64,000 nucleotides of DNA from Acutalibacteraceae bacterium (GTDB lineage Bacteria; Bacillota; Clostridia; Christensenellales; UBA1242). Both the position numbers and the translations under genes were made by a program. Positions 17,647 to 26,539 of this stretch are shown here, in pieces. The stretch lies in NCBI GenBank assembly GCA_963602035.1, contig CAVCHC010000002.1:8649-72648 (forward strand), written 5' to 3'. Position 1 is the first letter of the stretch. Each line of letters starts with the position of its first letter. The notes under the pieces were generated by a model that did not search any database, was not told where the DNA came from, and worked only from the letters and a program-made list of their open reading frames with translations.

Positions 17647-20453
17647 TAAATATCACCAAAAATTTGTTTAAATTCGTCCATAGAAATAGTCGGCTCGCGG
17701 TTTTTGCTGCCGTCGCCCGCCGTGATATAGCCCCTTACTTCCATCTGGTCAACGATACGCGCCGCGCGGTTAAACCCAACATAAAATCTGCGTTGAACCA
17801 TACTAATCGACCCCTTGCCACACTCAATAAAATACTTTAAAACCTGTGGCATAAGTTCGTCCATCTGGTCACTGTGGTCAACAGGCTGCGCGCCTGACGA
17901 GCCCGACGATTCGGTCTCTTCGTCGTTTGCGCTGTAAATCTCTTTTTCAACCTCTTCGTCGTAACTGCATTCGTTGTTTTCTTTGATATAGTCAATGCAC
18001 TTTTCAATCTCTTCGTCGCTTATGTATGCGCCCTGTAAGCGTGACGGCGTGTTAGCCTCTTGCGGCGCAAAAAGCATATCGCCCTGACCCAAAAGTTTTT
18101 CAGCGCCCGGCTCGTCAAGGATGGTTTTAGAGTCAATAAAACTTGCAAGCGCAAACGCAATTCGGCTTGGAAGGTTGGTTTTAATCGTACCCGTTACAAC
18201 CTCAACCGACGGCCTTTGCGTTGCCAAAACAAGGTGAATACCGCTGGCACGCCCAAGTTGCGAAATTCGCCTGATACGCTCTTCAACCTCGCGCTTAGCC
18301 ACGCCCATAAGTTCGGCAAGTTCGTCAACCACGATAACGATATACGGAAGTTTCTTTTGCTCGCCCTTTTTAACAGCATCACACTGGTTAAACACTTCAA
18401 GTTTTTGGCACTTATATTCCTCTAAAAGCCTGTAACGTCTTTCCATCTCTTTAACCGCCCAGGTCAAAGAATTTACGGCCTTTTCAGCGTCACTTACAAC
18501 GTCTTTAAGCATCATATGAGGCATACCCTTATATCTCGAAAATTCAACGCGCTTAGGGTCAATCATAATAAACCTAAGTTGCTCGGGGCTCATCTTAAAC
18601 ATAAGGCTCATAATTAGGCTGTGCAAGAACACCGATTTACCTGAACCCGTTGACCCCGCAACCAAAAGGTGCACCATCTTAGCAAGGCTTTTAACAACAA
18701 CCTCGCCGGTAATAGACTTACCAATCGCAACTGGCAACACCATCGACGTTGACTGAAACTCTTTGCTTTCAACCAACTCTCTAAAACTAACCATACTGCG
18801 TGGCTCGTTTGGCGTTTCGATACCAACCGCGTTTTTGCCCGGAATTGGCGCCTCAATTCGCACGCCAGACTTGCTTCTTAACGCCATCGCAAGGTCGCTG
18901 TCAAAGTTAAGTATCCTTTTAACTGGGATGCCCGATGGCATACTAAGTTCGTACCTAGTTACCGTTGGGCCTCTTACCACGTCAACAACCTTAGCTGGGA
19001 TTCTAAACGTTTCAAGTTTTTCTTCGATAATACGCTTGTTTTCTTCATAGTTTTTCGCGTATTTTGACGGGTCATCTTTGCTTTCTTTAAGCAGCGTTAC
19101 AGGCGGCGGATTATATTTGATATCCTTAGTTTGCGCCTTAACAAGGCTTGATGGCTTCGCCGTTTGGCCAATCTCGGTTTGCTCTACGCGCGGATGACGG
19201 CTGTTAAATGAGTTGCCCTCAGCATCAACATTTACATTACGGTTACGCCCAAACCCGCTTTCACTTGCGTCAACATTTACGTTGCGATTGCGCCCAAAAC
19301 TGCTCTCATTGCGCGTAAGGTCGGTGTTAAAGTTAACGTCGCCGTTATCGTTAAACAGCGGCTCATACGTATTGCGGCCAAAAAGGTTGGTTGACGCGCT
19401 GTCATCGTCAATATCAAGGCTTGAAACGCTTGCATTGCGGTCTCGCCTGCGCGAAAATACGTCTTCGTCGTTATGTCCAAGCCCCAAAATGTCCATCGCC
19501 TGGTTTTTATCAATATCGCCCGATGGCGCACTGTCTTTTCGGTCACCAAACAGACGCTCGGCGGCGGATAAATTCTCTTCTGGCATCTCGGGGTACTCTG
19601 GCTCGGCGCTTGACGTAATGTTGCTTACCGGGTTGGCTTCAAGCCACGCCCTGCGCTCTTCATTTGTTGAATTAAACACGTTAGGCGCCTGTGGACGCTC
19701 GCCAAACAAGATATCTCGCGCTGACTTTTTCTGCGGCTCGTCTTGCTTTTGCTCTGCCCTTTCGCCAAACAAAATGTTGCGCGCACGCTCTTCTTCAAGG
19801 TCAACCGATGGTGCCTCAGGTGTTTGATTATCTTGGTCATCTTCATCAATGCTAGGCTCGTATCGCGTTGCACAAAAATCATCGGCAGGCGCAACAAGTT
19901 CGTCCTCGCCCTCGTCAAAATTAAGGTCAGGCGAAGGTGCTGGCTTGCTGATAAGCTTCTCTTCATTTTTGTGATAAATGCAATAGTCAATCGTCAGGCC
20001 AATAAGCACGCAAAGCGCGACGCTTATAAACACGCACGCCCCAACGCCGCCTAACAAAAGCGCGATTACGTCACAAACAAGGCCGCCGATAACGCCCGCC
20101 ACGGTTATGCCACCGCTGCGCGTCCAGCACGCTTTAAGATAGTCACCAAAAGACAAATTGTTTAAAAGTTTAACTGAAAAAATCGCGTGCAAAAGCACGA
20201 TAGTAACCATAATAGACGCAACAATAAGCGTTGATTTTTTAGACTGCCCCTTAAATTCAAGCCCCATCAAAAGCGCAACGCCCGCAAGCGTCAAACTAAG
20301 CGCAACGGGATAGGCGCAAAGGCCAAACAGCCCCAAAAAGAATTTGCCTACAACAAAACTAGGCACACACGCGCTCACCAAAACAAACAGCCCGCAAATT
20401 AAAAGTATCGCGCCCGCTATTTTCTTGCCGTCCGGCGCCGAAGCCCGCGCCAT
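17646..20453 (-). CDS. ftsK: DNA translocase FtsK/SpoIIIE
   Basis: It has N-terminal TM helices, a long low-complexity linker, an ATPase core (VAGSTGSGKS, VIVVDELAEL) and a gamma winged-helix domain. The start is set at MARASAPDG (ATG 20453) because the first 29 codons of the tracked ORF lie inside an intergenic repeat. Confidence 0.9.
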   Translation of the reverse strand: MARASAPDGKKIAGAILLICGLFVLVSACVPSFVVGKFFLGLFGLCAYPVALSLTLAGVALLMGLEFKGQSKKSTLIVASIMVTIVLLHAIFSVKLLNNLSFGDYLKACWTRSGGITVAGVIGGLVCDVIALLLGGVGACVFISVALCVLIGLTIDYCIYHKNEEKLISKPAPSPDLNFDEGEDELVAPADDFCATRYEPSIDEDDQDNQTPEAPSVDLEEERARNILFGERAEQKQDEPQKKSARDILFGERPQAPNVFNSTNEERRAWLEANPVSNITSSAEPEYPEMPEENLSAAERLFGDRKDSAPSGDIDKNQAMDILGLGHNDEDVFSRRRDRNASVSSLDIDDDSASTNLFGRNTYEPLFNDNGDVNFNTDLTRNESSFGRNRNVNVDASESGFGRNRNVNVDAEGNSFNSRHPRVEQTEIGQTAKPSSLVKAQTKDIKYNPPPVTLLKESKDDPSKYAKNYEENKRIIEEKLETFRIPAKVVDVVRGPTVTRYELSMPSGIPVKRILNFDSDLAMALRSKSGVRIEAPIPGKNAVGIETPNEPRSMVSFRELVESKEFQSTSMVLPVAIGKSITGEVVVKSLAKMVHLLVAGSTGSGKSVFLHSLIMSLMFKMSPEQLRFIMIDPKRVEFSRYKGMPHMMLKDVVSDAEKAVNSLTWAVKEMERRYRLLEEYKCQKLEVFNQCDAVKKGEQKKLPYIVIVVDELAELMGVAKREVEERIRRISQLGRASGIHLVLATQRPSVEVVTGTIKTNLPSRIAFALASFIDSKTILDEPGAEKLLGQGDMLFAPQEANTPSRLQGAYISDEEIEKCIDYIKENNECSYDEEVEKEIYSANDEETESSGSSGAQPVDHSDQMDELMPQVLKYFIECGKGSISMVQRRFYVGFNRAARIVDQMEVRGYITAGDGSKNREPTISMDEFKQIFGDI
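19222..19310 (-). repeat. 45-bp coding repeat x2 in the FtsK linker (FGRNRNVNVDA)
   Basis: Two adjacent similar 45-bp units. Confidence 0.7.
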
Positions 20454-20521
20454 CTTTCTGTCTTTATACTTGCCCAAAATCAATCTCCTAATGTAATTTT
20501 TAATTTTAAAGCCCCACCTAC

Positions 20522-20704
20522 TGTCATTGCAAGGAGGCAATGCCGACGTGGCAATCCCCTTGTTAAAGTTTAAAGTTTAAAGTTGAAAGTTGAAAGTTGA
20601 AATGCGGCCGAAAGATTATATGTTATTGCCCATATATTCAACAGGCTCCGCCCCCTTGGGGGAGAATTGCTTTACAAGCGTTAAGCGTAGTAAAGCGGAG
20701 GGGG
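20522..20704. repeat. Mosaic repeat cluster R2
   Basis: Modules in order: P unit 20522-20559; AAAGTTK heptads 20563-20607, ending in AAATGCGGCCG; GC module 20646-20704. Confidence 0.85.
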
Positions 20705-20730
20705 TATAAAAAATCTATTAAATATACTTA

Positions 20731-21981
20731 TTAACTTAAAATAACATCCTTTAAAAACGCCATTTCGATTGGCTTGCCCAGATACGCCACGCTTATTTTA
20801 TTAAGGTCAAAAACCTCAACAAGCGCGTCAAAAGCATAGTCAAACGTGATGCCCGCCAAAACCTCAAACTTGTCATTAAGGTCAAATTCGGTTTTAGCAA
20901 TCGTCAGTTCGTTTGCTGAAAGTTTCGCCAGTTCGTCACTTTTTTCGGCGTTTAAAACAAAGTTGGTTATAAACGAATTTTTCTCCGCCTTAAAATCTTC
21001 TACTGACAAATCGCGCCTTTTTATAATATTTTTGGCGGCCACCAAAACCTTTTGCGTAAAGGCCTCCGCGTTCTCGTCGTCAACGATAAGCGTCAAACAA
21101 AACTTGCCATTGTTGGCGTAGGTAACATTGTCAATCTTAACGCTTTTAAAATACATTTCGTTCGCAACGCGCTCTTTTATCGCCGTTTCAAGCACCCGCG
21201 CCATAATGCTAAGCGCGTACTTTTTGTTGTTTTTAAACGACACTGACGGAAACGCGATTTCAATGCGGCTTTGGTTAAACGGACGGTTTTTGATGTTAAC
21301 AAACCCCTCAAACCCCGTCACGGCCGAAACGAATTTAATCTGCCTGAATGGCAAGTCCTTAGTGCGCGCATAAAACGACTTTTCAATAAGGCTTTCGGCC
21401 TTTTCTTCGTCAACCGCCCCGCCGATAGATATAACGATGTTTTTTGGCGACAGATATTTTTCATACTGCGCCAAAACCACCTCGCGGTCTATCCTTTCAA
21501 TCGAGCGCGTGTTGCCAAGGCGCGAATTTATCAGCCCCGTACGCGCAAACAACGCTTGGTTACTAAGCGCGCTAAGCCCCGCCTGCGGATTCATTTTTGC
21601 AAGTTCAATCTCGGCCTGAATTTGGCTTTTTATCGCGGCTAGATAGTTTTCGTCAAAAGTGCTGTTAAAAACGATGTCATAAATAAACTCAATCGCCTTT
21701 TCAACCTTGGTTTTAAGGCAACTTAATGTCAGTTGAAGATATTCCGTCTCCGCGCGGGCAGACAAAATAAACCCCTGCGACTTGGCATACGAATTAAGCG
21801 CCGCCACCGACGGATAAGTTTTTGTTCCACACGTCAAAAGGCGCGCGATGACCTCACACGTCCCGTTAAGCAGCTGCGTTTCGCCTTGAAACCCGCCCGT
21901 AAAATTGATAACAATCGTGCAGGTGTTAAGTTCGGGCATTTCGCTTACACTAAGCCTTAACCCATTAGGATAGGTAATCAT
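20731..21981 (-). CDS. M16-family (pitrilysin-like) peptidase homologue, probably the non-catalytic subunit
   Basis: The length and two-lobe organisation are M16-like and it sits upstream of ftsK, as ymfF/ymfH do in Bacillus. No HxxEH motif is seen. The start is set at MITYPNG. Confidence 0.55.
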   Translation of the reverse strand: MITYPNGLRLSVSEMPELNTCTIVINFTGGFQGETQLLNGTCEVIARLLTCGTKTYPSVAALNSYAKSQGFILSARAETEYLQLTLSCLKTKVEKAIEFIYDIVFNSTFDENYLAAIKSQIQAEIELAKMNPQAGLSALSNQALFARTGLINSRLGNTRSIERIDREVVLAQYEKYLSPKNIVISIGGAVDEEKAESLIEKSFYARTKDLPFRQIKFVSAVTGFEGFVNIKNRPFNQSRIEIAFPSVSFKNNKKYALSIMARVLETAIKERVANEMYFKSVKIDNVTYANNGKFCLTLIVDDENAEAFTQKVLVAAKNIIKRRDLSVEDFKAEKNSFITNFVLNAEKSDELAKLSANELTIAKTEFDLNDKFEVLAGITFDYAFDALVEVFDLNKISVAYLGKPIEMAFLKDVILS

Positions 21982-22021
21982 ATTTCCCCCAAAAGATGTT
22001 TTTCCAAATAAATTATACCAC

Positions 22022-22050
22022 AAAAAAAACCATTATTAAAAATGGTTTTC
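22022..22050 (-). terminator. Terminator after the polysaccharide deacetylase gene
   Basis: The stem AACCATT / AATGGTT has a 6-nt loop and is followed on the minus strand by U8. Confidence 0.6.
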
Positions 22051-22082
22051 TACTCTTTTTCAATTTTTTCACTATTTTTTTA

Positions 22083-22802
22083 TCAGTTTTGCCCAATCGT
22101 TGCGGTTACGGTGTTGGCAACGAACCCACGCGAGGCCATAAATCTTAAAATGTCAGGCAGCGCCTTGGCCGTTTCGCTGGTTGGGTGCATAAGTATCAAA
22201 TCCCCGCCCGCCATATCTTTTATCGCGCGGCTGTAAATAAGGGTGGCGTCTTTATCGCGCCAATCGATGGTGTCGCGCGTCCACATAATGGTTTTATACC
22301 CAAGTTCGGCCGCCACCCTAACCGTCTGTTTGTTATAACTTCCGCCCGGCGGCGCAAAAAGGTTCATATCGATTTTGCAGTTGTTTTTTATCACCTCGTG
22401 CGTGCGATAGATTTCGTCACGGTTACTGGCTGCGTCAAGTTTTTCGTGCTCTTTGTGGTAATACCCGTGGTTAGCAAGTTCGTGCCCCGCGCTTACAATC
22501 TTTTCAAGATAGTCAGTATGCGTGTTTGCCCAACTTCCGCCAACAAAAAACGTGCATTTCGCGCCAAACTGATTAAGCGTATCAAGCATACCGTCAAGAT
22601 ACTCAGTGCCCCAATAAACGTTAATCATAAGCGCCACGTTTTTGCTTTGCTTGTCGCCCGAATAATAGGCGCCGTTAATCACCGTGCCATTTGCATAAAC
22701 GGTGTCCGTCTTGTTGCTAAGCGTCACCCCCGCAACCATACAAAACCCCGCAATGATAATCAATATAATATTAGTAATAATCGTAAGACGTTTTTTGGCC
22801 AT
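22083..22802 (-). CDS. Polysaccharide deacetylase (PdaB-like, sporulation-type)
   Basis: It has an N-terminal TM segment and NodB-domain motifs (CTFFVGGSW, GHELANHGYYH, LILMHP). Confidence 0.8.
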   Translation of the reverse strand: MAKKRLTIITNIILIIIAGFCMVAGVTLSNKTDTVYANGTVINGAYYSGDKQSKNVALMINVYWGTEYLDGMLDTLNQFGAKCTFFVGGSWANTHTDYLEKIVSAGHELANHGYYHKEHEKLDAASNRDEIYRTHEVIKNNCKIDMNLFAPPGGSYNKQTVRVAAELGYKTIMWTRDTIDWRDKDATLIYSRAIKDMAGGDLILMHPTSETAKALPDILRFMASRGFVANTVTATIGQN

Positions 22803-22921
22803 ACCCCACCTCTTACATCATTATATGACCAACTCAAACCAAAAATGCGGGCATTATTATCGCAATTTAGAGGGCAAACCAAGTTACACAATCAGCAAAT
22901 CTTTCAGGTTACGCATTTTTG

Positions 22922-23035
22922 GAAGTGAAGAGTTAAAAGTGAAAAGTGAAAAGAAATTGCTGCTTTATACAATTGTCATCGTGAGGCAACTTTATCATAA
23001 TTGTCATTGCGAGGAGGCTTAACGACGCGGTAATC
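22922..23035. repeat. Mosaic repeat cluster R3
   Basis: Modules in order: GTGAAAA-type heptads 22922-22956; half P unit 22974-22986; full P unit 23002-23035. Confidence 0.8.
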
Positions 23036-23172
23036 TCAACCGCTTCAAATCACGCGTAAATAATCTTGGCAATAATTAGTTATCATCACAAAAAAAGATA
23101 CTTTAAGTTAATCGATATAATCAACCTAAAATATCCTTTTTAATGGCAATAATCCATAGCAAATGCTGCTGG

Positions 23173-24585
23173 TTATTTCTCTCTTTCAACCATAGCATCC
23201 AAAAAATGGTCAGCGCTGTCAGGCTCTCTAAGCGCGTTTATGCGTTTAATGTACTCGTGCCTGTCGATGGCCATCAAAAGCATCGATTTGATGTTTTCCA
23301 TATTCGCGCACGCCTTAACAAACGCCATCGTTTTTGGCAGGTTTTGGTAAAGCGCCTCAACGCACTTGTTTTCGCTTGCGTACCTGGTGTTGCCCTTAGC
23401 AATCTCTAAAAGTTCAAAATAGTTATACAAAGGCTCAATGTCGTCGCTAGAAATGACCTCATAGCCCGTGGTCAGCCCGTCTTCGTCTTCAAGCGCCGCA
23501 ATCTCTTCTTCGCTTAATGGTTCAAGCCCCTCAATGTCCGCCAAATCGGCTGGCCTAAACCCAAGCGTGTCAAGCGGGTCGTCAGTAGTGCGCCCCTCTT
23601 CGTAATCTTCAAATTCACCTTCTGGGTCAATGGCGTCTTCTTCGTCATACTCTTCATCAGTGTCAAGGTCGCCATAGGCCGCCTCTATGCCGTCAACAAA
23701 CTCTTGCGTTTCATCGTCAAGTTCGCCGTCAAGTTTGCTGCAATCAAACGTCCCGATTATCACGTTGTTGGTGGTAACGGCCTCGTCAAGCGCACTTTCA
23801 AAACGCTCAACGCTAAGCGCTGCGTACTCGCTCATCACGCTTGAAAGAGTGGCCGACTGCACCACCCCGCGCGTTTCAATGCTAAATAAATATGGCAAGT
23901 TGTATTTAACAAAGTTGTCTTGCCCATATACCTCAACTGGTGGCAAAAAGCCCATATCCGCAAAAACTTCCAGCGCGTTTAAAAGCGTTTCGTCTTTCTC
24001 TGCGCCGTGGCCAAGCGCTTCAACACAGTTATAGATAAAGTTTTCAACCGCGTCAATCGTGGCGTAGCGGATATTTTCGCTTAAAATCTCTTCGGGGGTA
24101 TAGCCCATTTGGTTCGCGTACTCCGTGTCGTACTCATAGTCATCAAGGCCAAACGCAAACCCGCCGTGCTTTATGATGTACCCCGCGATTTTGGCGTGCT
24201 TGTCTACATATGGGTTAGCAAGCGGGTCAAGTTCCAAAACCGTTTGCACCGAAGTCTGCCTGCTTTTAAACGGAATTGCGTTCAGCGCCGCGTCACAGTC
24301 CTCAACCAAAAACTTAACAAAATCCATATCCGCGTGCAGTATCGCCATATCCAAAAGCCTAAACCCGCTTTCGTTGCAGACCGCCGCCAAAAATTCTTTT
24401 GGATACCCTTTAACCAAACTGCCATTGCCCGTTTTTATGCAGTTTTGTGCAAAATTAAACAGCTTGTCCGTCTTTAAATTGCCCGCAATAACCGCCTTGT
24501 TACGCATCAAAATCGAGCAGTGCGTCTGCTCACTGTTTATCGCCTTAAACCCAGCATTGCCATCACTTGTGAAAACCTTTATCAT
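23173..24585 (-). CDS. Hypothetical cytoplasmic protein with a central poly-acidic segment
   Basis: 470-aa ORF with an RBS (AGGTAGAGG) and a good upstream promoter. I recognise no family. Confidence 0.5.
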   Translation of the reverse strand: MIKVFTSDGNAGFKAINSEQTHCSILMRNKAVIAGNLKTDKLFNFAQNCIKTGNGSLVKGYPKEFLAAVCNESGFRLLDMAILHADMDFVKFLVEDCDAALNAIPFKSRQTSVQTVLELDPLANPYVDKHAKIAGYIIKHGGFAFGLDDYEYDTEYANQMGYTPEEILSENIRYATIDAVENFIYNCVEALGHGAEKDETLLNALEVFADMGFLPPVEVYGQDNFVKYNLPYLFSIETRGVVQSATLSSVMSEYAALSVERFESALDEAVTTNNVIIGTFDCSKLDGELDDETQEFVDGIEAAYGDLDTDEEYDEEDAIDPEGEFEDYEEGRTTDDPLDTLGFRPADLADIEGLEPLSEEEIAALEDEDGLTTGYEVISSDDIEPLYNYFELLEIAKGNTRYASENKCVEALYQNLPKTMAFVKACANMENIKSMLLMAIDRHEYIKRINALREPDSADHFLDAMVEREK

Positions 24586-24631
24586 CCTCTACCTGCCCCG
24601 TACGCCCTTTCGGCCGCCTTTCATTACCCAA

Positions 24632-24661
24632 ATTATACACTGCCCCGCCCCCTCCCGTCAA
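24632..24661 (-). promoter_or_regulatory. SigA-type promoter of gene 23173..24585, with a G-rich spacer
   Basis: On the minus strand, TTGACG-GGAGGGGGCGGGGCAGTG-TATAAT (18-nt spacer), about 45 nt upstream of the ATG. Confidence 0.5.
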
Positions 24662-24885
24662 TACCCATTTTAAAATTAGCCCCCGCCACCCCAAAAAAAT
24701 CTCTAACCCTCCGTCAACCTAACCTCCACCACCTAGCGAACTCAAACGAACTTAGCCCATTCACCCCTACCAAACACTCAAACAACCCTAAAAAACCTCG
24801 CCATTACCAAGCCAAAATAAACTTAGCCCCTTTCGCCCAACAAAAAAGCCGAGGCAAATTGCTATCAGCCTCAGCAGTTTTTTCT

Positions 24886-26430
24886 TCATTTTTCTTTCAC
24901 GTCTAAATCGCGCTCTATTTCTTCTTTTTTAATGGTGCCATTTTTTATCGTAAGTGTGGCGTTGCAGACGTTTTTCGTAAGCGTCCTGTCATGGCTTACA
25001 AGCAGCAAGCACCCGTTATAGTCTTTAAGTATCTTTTCAAGGAATATTTTGTTGTTTAGGTCAAGATGGTTGGTCGGCTCGTCCATAATTAAAAAGTTAT
25101 AGTCGCTTAAAACGATTTCGCACATCTTTATTCTCATCCGCTCGCCAAGCGAAAGCGTGCTTATTTTGCGGTCAAACACCTGCCGCGTCATATTCATATT
25201 GATAAGATTTGAAAGGAACAGGGTTTTATATTCTTTCGTGCCCTGACTTGCCTTCTCGATGACCGTCAGCCCCTCGTCAAGGTCAAACACGTCCTGACTA
25301 AGATAAGCAATTTTAACAGCGGGCGAGATTGACACATCCCCCGCGTCTTGTTTTTCTTGCCCTAAAAGAATTTTTATAAGCGTTGTTTTGCCCGAGCCAT
25401 TGTCGCCACTAAGCGCAATTTTGTCGCCCGCATTAATAGTAAACGACACGCCATCAAAAAGTTTTTTGCCACCAAAAGACTTGCTTAAATTGTCAACCTT
25501 AACAAGCACTTTCCCGCGAAACGGGTTGGCATTAAGGCGATAATGAACCTCGCCCTCAACATACGGCCTGTCAATAAAATCGTCTTTTAAATGTTCAAGT
25601 CTTGACACCTTGGCCTTAGCCTGTGACGCCAATTTTGTTGCGCTGACCTGGGCTTTGGTTTCAGCCCCCTTTATGCGGCTGTCACTCATCATACCACCCT
25701 GTCGTCGCGCATTTGCCTCGCCCTTGTTTGCCCAGCCCGCAAGCGCACCAATCTGCTTGTTTATCTTTTTTTCAAGCGCAAGTTGGCTTTCATACTTATT
25801 CATTTTGCCTTGCAACTCTTGCTGCTTTTGAAAGTAATAAGAGTTATAGTCGCCGTAATATTCTTGCACTTGTCCGTTTTCAAGTTCGATAATTCGGCTT
25901 ACCGTTTCGTTTAAAAAATACCTATCGTGAGACACGGTTATAACGGTGCCATCAAAAGAATTTATCGTATCAATCAGCCAATTTACGCCCGAAATGTCCA
26001 TATGGTTTGTTGGCTCGTCAAGCAAAAGAATTTGAGGCTTTTGGCATAAAATCCCCGCAAGCATCAGTTTTGTTTTCTCGCCGCCCGACAGCGTTTTAAG
26101 CCTCTCGGCCGTAAATTCAAGATTTGAGTCAATGTGAAGTTTGCTTTTTATTTCTAAAAACTCGCGAATAAATTCGGGGTCGTTTGCAAGCGCCAAAAAG
26201 TCAGCCTCACTGTATTGCGTAACCTGCTTTAAAAAGCCAATCTTGCCATCAACCTGAACGCCACCCGCGTCTTGACTTTCTTCACCCGCAATTATCTTTA
26301 AAAGCGTAGACTTCCCTGTGCCATTAGCGCCAACAATGCCAACCCGCTCGCCGTCATAGATAGCCGTGCTAAACCCATCAAACAGCGCCTTGTCACCAAA
26401 TTGCTTACTTAGTCCTGAAAGCGTAACCAT
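24886..26430 (-). CDS. ABC-F family ATPase (two NBDs, no TMD)
   Basis: Two Walker A sites (GANGTGKST, GDNGSGKTT), two LSGGE-type signatures and an inter-domain linker. Confidence 0.85.
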   Translation of the reverse strand: MVTLSGLSKQFGDKALFDGFSTAIYDGERVGIVGANGTGKSTLLKIIAGEESQDAGGVQVDGKIGFLKQVTQYSEADFLALANDPEFIREFLEIKSKLHIDSNLEFTAERLKTLSGGEKTKLMLAGILCQKPQILLLDEPTNHMDISGVNWLIDTINSFDGTVITVSHDRYFLNETVSRIIELENGQVQEYYGDYNSYYFQKQQELQGKMNKYESQLALEKKINKQIGALAGWANKGEANARRQGGMMSDSRIKGAETKAQVSATKLASQAKAKVSRLEHLKDDFIDRPYVEGEVHYRLNANPFRGKVLVKVDNLSKSFGGKKLFDGVSFTINAGDKIALSGDNGSGKTTLIKILLGQEKQDAGDVSISPAVKIAYLSQDVFDLDEGLTVIEKASQGTKEYKTLFLSNLINMNMTRQVFDRKISTLSLGERMRIKMCEIVLSDYNFLIMDEPTNHLDLNNKIFLEKILKDYNGCLLLVSHDRTLTKNVCNATLTIKNGTIKKEEIERDLDVKEK

Positions 26431-26468
26431 ACCCTCACCCTCTTAACAAAAGTTCACGTTTAAATTTA

Positions 26469-26521
26469 AAGGCACCAATTTTGGAAAAGGTTGTTGTGCC
26501 CCCTGCCAAAATTTGTGCCTT
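26469..26521 (-). terminator. Long hairpin downstream of pnp (terminator candidate)
   Basis: A 16-bp stem AAGGCACAAATTTTGG / CCAAAATTGGTGCCTT has one mismatch. The trailing U-run is weak. Confidence 0.4.
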
Positions 26522-26539
26522 GGTAATTAATTTTGTTTA

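Noticed and set aside
20454-20540. N-terminal 29 codons of the 964-aa ftsK ORF
   Set aside because: These codons are read from the P-unit repeat at 20522-20559. The ATG at 20453 (MARASAPDGKK) precedes the first TM helix and is the plausible start.
22702-23022. 106-aa ORF ending …CHCEEA. The same reasoning covers ORFs 32604..32816 and 32765..32983.
   Set aside because: These are read through heptad arrays and P units, or lie antisense to the deacetylase gene. Their ends are dictated by repeat sequence.
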